Below are positions 58,998 to 64,000 of a stretch of DNA of 64,000 bases, piece by piece; within the stretch, counting starts at the first letter, position 1, and the number at the start of each line of letters is the position of its first letter. The translations under genes and the position numbers were made by a program. Origin of the DNA: an uncultured bacterium (GTDB lineage Bacteria > Verrucomicrobiota > Verrucomicrobiia > Limisphaerales > UBA8199); the NCBI GenBank assembly GCA_963749495.1, contig CAVVMW010000010.1, positions 320,001-384,000 on the forward strand, in the 5' to 3' direction. The notes beneath the pieces are model-generated. The model was not told the origin of the DNA and did no database searches. It was given only the letters and a program-made list of their open reading frames with translations.

Positions 58998-61900
58998 CCC
59001 GCACCGGGTTCCGCTCGGTACACCCTGAGCCGATAGTAGGTCTGCACGCTGGGCACGAAGGTGGTATCCAGGACGGTGATGTTGGCGCCGGTTCCGGAGA
59101 TGCCGTCCTGTACGACGCGCCAGGTGACGAGGTCGGTCGTGGCCAGGACCTGGTAAGTGCGGAAGAGGGCGGAGCGGAAGGTGACTTGCCAGCGGCCATC
59201 CAAAGGAGAGACGGAGACGCTGGTGATGGCGAGTCTCGATGTGGGGTCCTTGGGGTAGGTGTTGGCCTGGTACTCCTGCCAATTGAGCATCCCGTCGTTA
59301 TCGGAATCCAGGGTCTCGGCATTGGTCCAGGTCGTGGGGTCGGTGAAACCGTTGGCCATGAGCCAGCCGACGGGCGTGCCATAGGGCAGGGTGGGCAAGT
59401 TGGTCACCATGCCGTTGAGGTAATTGCTCATGCCCTGGCCGGTGTACCCCGGGGTGTTGTTGGTGAGCGCATAGAGGTTGGTGTCCACCCCAAAGATGCC
59501 GAACGCGGTGTTGGTGGTGATCGCGTCGCGGAAGGAGAAGTCGACCACCTCGCCGAAGGAGCCCCAGGCGAGGCTGTTGGTCTGGACGCCGGGCCCGCTG
59601 TACGGATCGGGGGCGCTCAGGAGCAGCCAGGTGCCGTTGCTGCCGTCGTCGGTGGGCGTGGCAGTCCACCCGGCGAGCAAATCGGCGGCGTTGGTGGCGG
59701 CCGCCATGGTGCCGGGCCAGTTGAGGCGGAAGTGGAGGTTGAACTGGCGGATATAGGGCGGGAGGTAGTCGGCGTAGAGGCTGGCCGTGGAGGGCAGGGT
59801 GGCATTGGGCTGCAGGTGCAGCAGGCCGACGTTGACGTCTCCGGCATACTTGCACGGGTCGTACGGGGAAAAGACGGTGAAGTTGGTGACGTTGGTCGAA
59901 TACGAGTTGGTGACGTAGGTTGCGTTGCTGGTGGTCGGATCAATATTGGTCGTGATGATGTCGTAATTGCTGACCCACCAGGGGTTGGTAGGAGAGACGG
60001 CGGTGAGGCCGTTGTAGGTGATGGAGAACGAGGGCATGAAGATCGGGGCGCCGCAAATTTTGGGGGTGACCCAGCGCAGCCGGTAGAGGCCCGTGAAGAC
60101 CTTGCCGATCTGAGCGAACTGCCCGGCCAGGTCGGCGGCGGTCTGGCCGGTCAGGTAAGTGCCGCCGGAGGCGCCGGTGATCTCCTGGAGGTTGGCGGTG
60201 TTGATATTCTGGCCGAAGCCCACGCAATAGACCTGGACGTTGGCGTTGGTCGCGGCCTTGATGACATCGAGGACCGTGCTGGTGCTCGAGTTGTCATTGC
60301 CGTCGGAGACGAAGATGACGGCGTGCATCTCGCTGCTGTTGTTGGCGCCCAGATCCTTGATGGCCGCCACCAGCGCGTTCCAGCAGCGCGAGCTGGTCTC
60401 GTTATAGTTGATGTAGTTGGTCCAGATGCCCGCGATGGCGTTGAAGGCGGCCGTCTCGTTGGTCAGCCCGACCACCCGGTTGGGGGCCAGGTCTTTCCGG
60501 TGAAACTCCCAGACCCCGATCTGGGTCGAGGCCGGCTGCTGCGTCACAAAGGTCTCGGCGGCGGTCACCTCCGCCTCGACCGAGTCCGAAATCCCGTTGC
60601 CGTTGGAGTCGCCGTTGAGGGCGATCGAGCCGATGCTCTCCGAGAAATCGAGCACGAGCTCGAGCTTGACCTTGAGCGCGCCGGGGATGACGCGCTTGAG
60701 AATAAACGCCGTTTCGCTCGGGTCCACCTGATTGGTGTCCTCGAAGGCCGCCACCGAGAGCAGGCCCGGATCGACCACCAGGGGATCGCCCATCGTGGGG
60801 TCGTTGTTGTCGCGCAGCCCGAACTGGATGTCCAGGAGGTAGGGCTTGGAGTAGTTGGTGTGCACATTGACGATGGACAGACCGGTGACCTGGCCGTAGC
60901 CGATCGAGATGTGGAGCTGACCGGAGCCGGTGCCCCAGGGGTTGCTGGCGGCCAGGGTGGCATCGTATTCGCCGGCGTAAGCGGGGATGCCGGCGATGAC
61001 GCCGCTGGCTTGGTTGAGGAGCAAACCCGGCGGCAGGTTCTGAGCGGAAAAGCTGGTGGGCGATTGGGTGGCGGCAATGGTGTAAGAGAAGTTGGCGCCT
61101 GCGGTGCCGGTGGCGTTGGTGGCGCTGGTGACGGCCGGGGCGCTGGAGGAGACGTCCAGCCTGAGCAGCTTGCTGTCGCCGGCGCAGGCATTGACGGTGC
61201 CCAGGCGGATGTAGAAGGTGCCGCTCTCGAAATTGGAGCCGCTGATAATTCCGTTGGTGGGGTTCAACGTCAGGCCGGGCGGCAACACCGATGAGATGTA
61301 AAGGACGGGGTTGTGCAGGGCGGTAATGGCGTAGGCGAAGGGCTGTCCCTGGACCGCCGCATTGGTCAGGGAACTGGTGATGAGCGGCGGCTCCGGGTTG
61401 ATGGCCAGAGTGGCCACGCTGCTGGTGATGGCGCCGCAGGCGCACGACACGACGGCGCTGTACTGGCCCACATTCCCATTGGTCACCCCGGGCAGGATGA
61501 GCGTCGCGTTGGTGGCGTCGGGCATGGGTGCGCCGCCGAAGAACCATTGGTAGCTTAGGGGTGTGGGGCCCGTGGCGCCGACGCTGTTGGTGACGGTGTC
61601 GCCGCAAAAGGCAACCAAGGAGGGCTGCGGCTGGTTGGTGATGACGGGGATGGCCAGGAGGGTGAGGTAGGCAACCGCGCTGGTGACCGAGCCGCACGGG
61701 CAGGCCACCGCCACCGAATAAGGCCCGTCCTGCCCGTTGGTCACTCCGGTCAAGCCCAGCACCGGGGCAGTCGCCCCGGCAATCGGCGTGCCGGTAAACA
61801 GCCATTGATAGGAGAGCGGTGAGGGCCCGGTGGCGCTAACCAGGAACGAGGCATCGCGCCCGCAATAGACCGACACGGCCTGCGGCTGGTTGGTAATGGT

Positions 61901-63343
61901 CGGGGTCACAATCACGGTCAAGTTGCCGGGCGAGCTGGTGATCGAGCCATACGCATCGGTCACGACCACGGAGTAGCCGCCGGCTTGCGCCGCCGAGACG
62001 TTGGCAAGGGAGAGGCTGGTCAGGGTCGCGCCAGAGAGGGGCAGCCCCTGGAATTGCCATTGGTAGCCCAGCGGCCTGGGGCCGTCAGCCGTGACCTGGA
62101 GGATGGCCGTATCGCCGCAGAGATTGGTGGAGTTGGGGGGCTGGGCCACGATCCAGGGCAAGACACCGATGGGGGTGAGCACCGCCGGGCGGCTCACCGT
62201 CACGCCCAAGGAATTGCTGAGGATGAGCGTGAACGTCGCGCCATCGGTCAATTGTACGTTCGGCACCACGTAGGAATTGGTCGTGGCGCCCGGGAGATTC
62301 AGCCCGTTCTTCTGCCATTGATAGGTGATGGGCTGGAGGCCCGCCGCCAGGGCCTCGAACCGGGCGTCATGCCCGAACGGGACGACTTGGCTGGCCGGCT
62401 GCAGGAGGATGCAGGGGGAACCGTCGCCCCAGATAGCCAGGCTGTGGTAACCGCCGGCGCCGATGCCGCAATAATTTGCCTGGCCCGCCCCCGTGCCGGA
62501 CTGGCCGTGGGTATTATCGCCCCACCCGGCCAGCGTCCCATCGGCTCGGAGCGCCAGGCTGTGCAGTGCGCCCGCGGCAATGGCAACCACGTTCGACAAG
62601 TTGGCCGGCACCGTCGCCTGCCCGGCGTCATTGCGGCCCCACGCCACCACCGTGCCGTCGCGCCTCAGGGCCAGGCAATGGCCGCCGTTGGCCGCGATGG
62701 CCAGGACATTCGTCGCCTCAACCGGCACATTCGTTTGGTTATAAGTGTTGTCGCCCCAGGCCGAGATCGTCCCGTCGTTCCACAACGCCACGCTGAAATG
62801 ATCACCGGCTGCTACGGCCACCCCGTTGCGGGGCCCCACCGGCGCGGTGGATTCGTTAGACGAGTTGTCGCCCCAGGCCAGGACCGTGCCGTCGCTCCTC
62901 ACGGCCAGGCTGTGGTCGCCCCCGGCCGCAATCCCAACCACGTTGGTCAGGCCGCCGGGCAGCGTCTCCGACTTGCCCCAGAACGCCACCGTGCCGTCCG
63001 CCTTGAGCGCCAGGCTGTGATACGCGCCGCCCGCGATGGCCACGACGTTGGCCAAATCGGCCGGCACGTCCACCTGGTTGTAGCTGTCGTCGCCCCAAGC
63101 CACCACCGTGCCGTCGCTCCTCAAGGCCAGGCTGTGAATGCTGCCTCCGGCCACCGCCACCACCCCCGACTTTGCGCCATCCGGAATAGGCGAGACCTGG
63201 CCCGCGTTGTTGTAGCCCCACGTGGTTGCTATCCCCGCCCCGTAGCTCAGGGTCGCCGCTTGATGGCTCAGCAGCAGAGCCAATACCCATCCGTGCCCGA
63301 GCCAACCGCCTGCACGCCTGCGCAAATCTACTGGAACGTTCAT
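58976..63343 (-). CDS. Large secreted/surface protein: RCC1 repeats, Ig and putative-Ig domains, VWA, Ca-binding D-x-D motif
   Basis: Repeated 'HSLAL..DGTV.AWG'; 'I..QP...YQW' Ig units; 'LPPGL.LN..G.I.G'; DFSES / FVSDG VWA motifs; DSDNDGM.NWQEY. Confidence 0.88.
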   Translation of the reverse strand: MNVPVDLRRRAGGWLGHGWVLALLLSHQAATLSYGAGIATTWGYNNAGQVSPIPDGAKSGVVAVAGGSIHSLALRSDGTVVAWGDDSYNQVDVPADLANVVAIAGGAYHSLALKADGTVAFWGKSETLPGGLTNVVGIAAGGDHSLAVRSDGTVLAWGDNSSNESTAPVGPRNGVAVAAGDHFSVALWNDGTISAWGDNTYNQTNVPVEATNVLAIAANGGHCLALRRDGTVVAWGRNDAGQATVPANLSNVVAIAAGALHSLALRADGTLAGWGDNTHGQSGTGAGQANYCGIGAGGYHSLAIWGDGSPCILLQPASQVVPFGHDARFEALAAGLQPITYQWQKNGLNLPGATTNSYVVPNVQLTDGATFTLILSNSLGVTVSRPAVLTPIGVLPWIVAQPPNSTNLCGDTAILQVTADGPRPLGYQWQFQGLPLSGATLTSLSLANVSAAQAGGYSVVVTDAYGSITSSPGNLTVIVTPTITNQPQAVSVYCGRDASFLVSATGPSPLSYQWLFTGTPIAGATAPVLGLTGVTNGQDGPYSVAVACPCGSVTSAVAYLTLLAIPVITNQPQPSLVAFCGDTVTNSVGATGPTPLSYQWFFGGAPMPDATNATLILPGVTNGNVGQYSAVVSCACGAITSSVATLAINPEPPLITSSLTNAAVQGQPFAYAITALHNPVLYISSVLPPGLTLNPTNGIISGSNFESGTFYIRLGTVNACAGDSKLLRLDVSSSAPAVTSATNATGTAGANFSYTIAATQSPTSFSAQNLPPGLLLNQASGVIAGIPAYAGEYDATLAASNPWGTGSGQLHISIGYGQVTGLSIVNVHTNYSKPYLLDIQFGLRDNNDPTMGDPLVVDPGLLSVAAFEDTNQVDPSETAFILKRVIPGALKVKLELVLDFSESIGSIALNGDSNGNGISDSVEAEVTAAETFVTQQPASTQIGVWEFHRKDLAPNRVVGLTNETAAFNAIAGIWTNYINYNETSSRCWNALVAAIKDLGANNSSEMHAVIFVSDGNDNSSTSTVLDVIKAATNANVQVYCVGFGQNINTANLQEITGASGGTYLTGQTAADLAGQFAQIGKVFTGLYRLRWVTPKICGAPIFMPSFSITYNGLTAVSPTNPWWVSNYDIITTNIDPTTSNATYVTNSYSTNVTNFTVFSPYDPCKYAGDVNVGLLHLQPNATLPSTASLYADYLPPYIRQFNLHFRLNWPGTMAAATNAADLLAGWTATPTDDGSNGTWLLLSAPDPYSGPGVQTNSLAWGSFGEVVDFSFRDAITTNTAFGIFGVDTNLYALTNNTPGYTGQGMSNYLNGMVTNLPTLPYGTPVGWLMANGFTDPTTWTNAETLDSDNDGMLNWQEYQANTYPKDPTSRLAITSVSVSPLDGRWQVTFRSALFRTYQVLATTDLVTWRVVQDGISGTGANITVLDTTFVPSVQTYYRLRVYRAEPGAGRRVATP

Positions 63344-63641
63344 TTTCTTAGACAAAATCTGCATTTGCATTGCACACCGACACACTCTGCCGTTCTGTGG
63401 CCCTTCCCGCTCATCCTCCATAGGCCGGCACGGCTGCCGGTTTGCAACGGCGCCCTCTGCGGCTGCCTGCTCTCCCGGATGAGCCAAGTCGCCTGCTCTG
63501 CTGAACGCCCTGAATTCTGCCCTCCGAACCAGGGATTGACAAGTACATTTCCTCCACCCTCATGGGGTGTGCGTCCAAACGCACACCCCGGAGTTGACTT
63601 CGGGCGGCCCGCAGGATTAACCTGGGAACTCCGAGCCCGCA

Positions 63642-63722
63642 TCTTTGTCGCAACCTTTGTCGCTGCCTTTGTCGAGGCATGGCCAACCCGACAAAGGTTT
63701 CGACAAAGGCTGCGACAAAGGT
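63642..63722. repeat. Repeat family A
   Basis: As 378-472. Confidence 0.85.
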
Positions 63723-63767
63723 GCGGACCCGCGGCGCTCGTGGAAGAAGCCGGCGCTGCAGCGCCCC

Positions 63768-64000
63768 TCACCCCTCGGTCTGGTGGTAAATGGCAAGGGC
63801 CTGTTCGAGGGCGGCACCTTCGAGGACCAGGGCACGGATGGCTCTCAAGGTGGCGACAGGCTTCTTGCTGCCCCAGACGCGCCTGCCGATTGCCGCTCCG
63901 CTGGCGCCGTGGCTCATGGCCTCGTGCAATTGACGGAAGATGTCCAGCTCGCCGCCGCCCTTGGGCCCCCGGCCATGATGACCGGGAGATGGCCCGTGGC
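63768..64000 (-). CDS. Class I (DhnA/LsrF-type) aldolase, C-terminal part
   Basis: Minus strand: PVIMAGG (frameshift) ... AMSHGASGAAIGRRVWG...TEG*. Confidence 0.65.
   Translation of the reverse strand, partial: HGPSPGHHGRGPKGGGELDIFRQLHEAMSHGASGAAIGRRVWGSKKPVATLRAIRALVLEGAALEQALAIYHQTEG

Noticed and set aside
59186..61294. Long antisense ORFs (e.g. 59186..61294 +, 27050..29086 -, 20459..22324 -, 13305..14924 +, 657..2090 -)
   Set aside because: Shadow frames of real high-GC genes on the opposite strand; no motifs.
1..64000. rRNA, tRNA, integrase or prophage genes
   Set aside because: None recognised by eye; a short tRNA could be missed without a covariance search.

Overview
High-GC bacterial DNA. 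The gene content (prepilin-type N-methyl protein, planctomycete cytochrome c/DUF1553 plus DUF1501 pair, RCC1/Ig/VWA surface protein, many palindromic intergenic repeats) suggests a PVC-superphylum organism, probably Verrucomicrobiota (inference). The backbone is housekeeping and carbohydrate genes: trxB, a ClC transporter, heptose kinase/nucleotidyltransferase, folC, GH51, a PII protein, and a sugar isomerase/PfkB/URO-D-like cluster. Three defence-like blocks interrupt it. (1) A decayed MTase/EVE-nuclease/GIY-YIG locus at 8-9.9 kb. (2) A tightly coupled seven-gene operon at 22.6-33.0 kb: PLD nuclease, AAA-type ATPase, HerA-like ATPase, unknown protein, N6-MTase with an apparently dead nuclease domain, degenerate NTPase-HEPN, and a tandem-PC4 protein. 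The MTase and the PC4 protein end in the same ~125-aa domain. I cannot match this operon to a named system, and it is the best candidate for something undescribed. (3) A 38-48 kb island with a single-chain R-M enzyme, a TIR-like protein, a 5'-truncated SNF2 helicase and an ART-toxin/antitoxin/SecB (CmdTAC-like) triad. Its antitoxin has a duplicated hydrophobic motif and an ssrA-tag-like C-terminus, and RAYT/Y1 transposase remnants surround it. Many genes carry single-base frameshifts, often in homopolymers, which suggests sequencing/assembly error, so loss-of-function calls are provisional. All family assignments come from reading motifs by eye; no searches were run.
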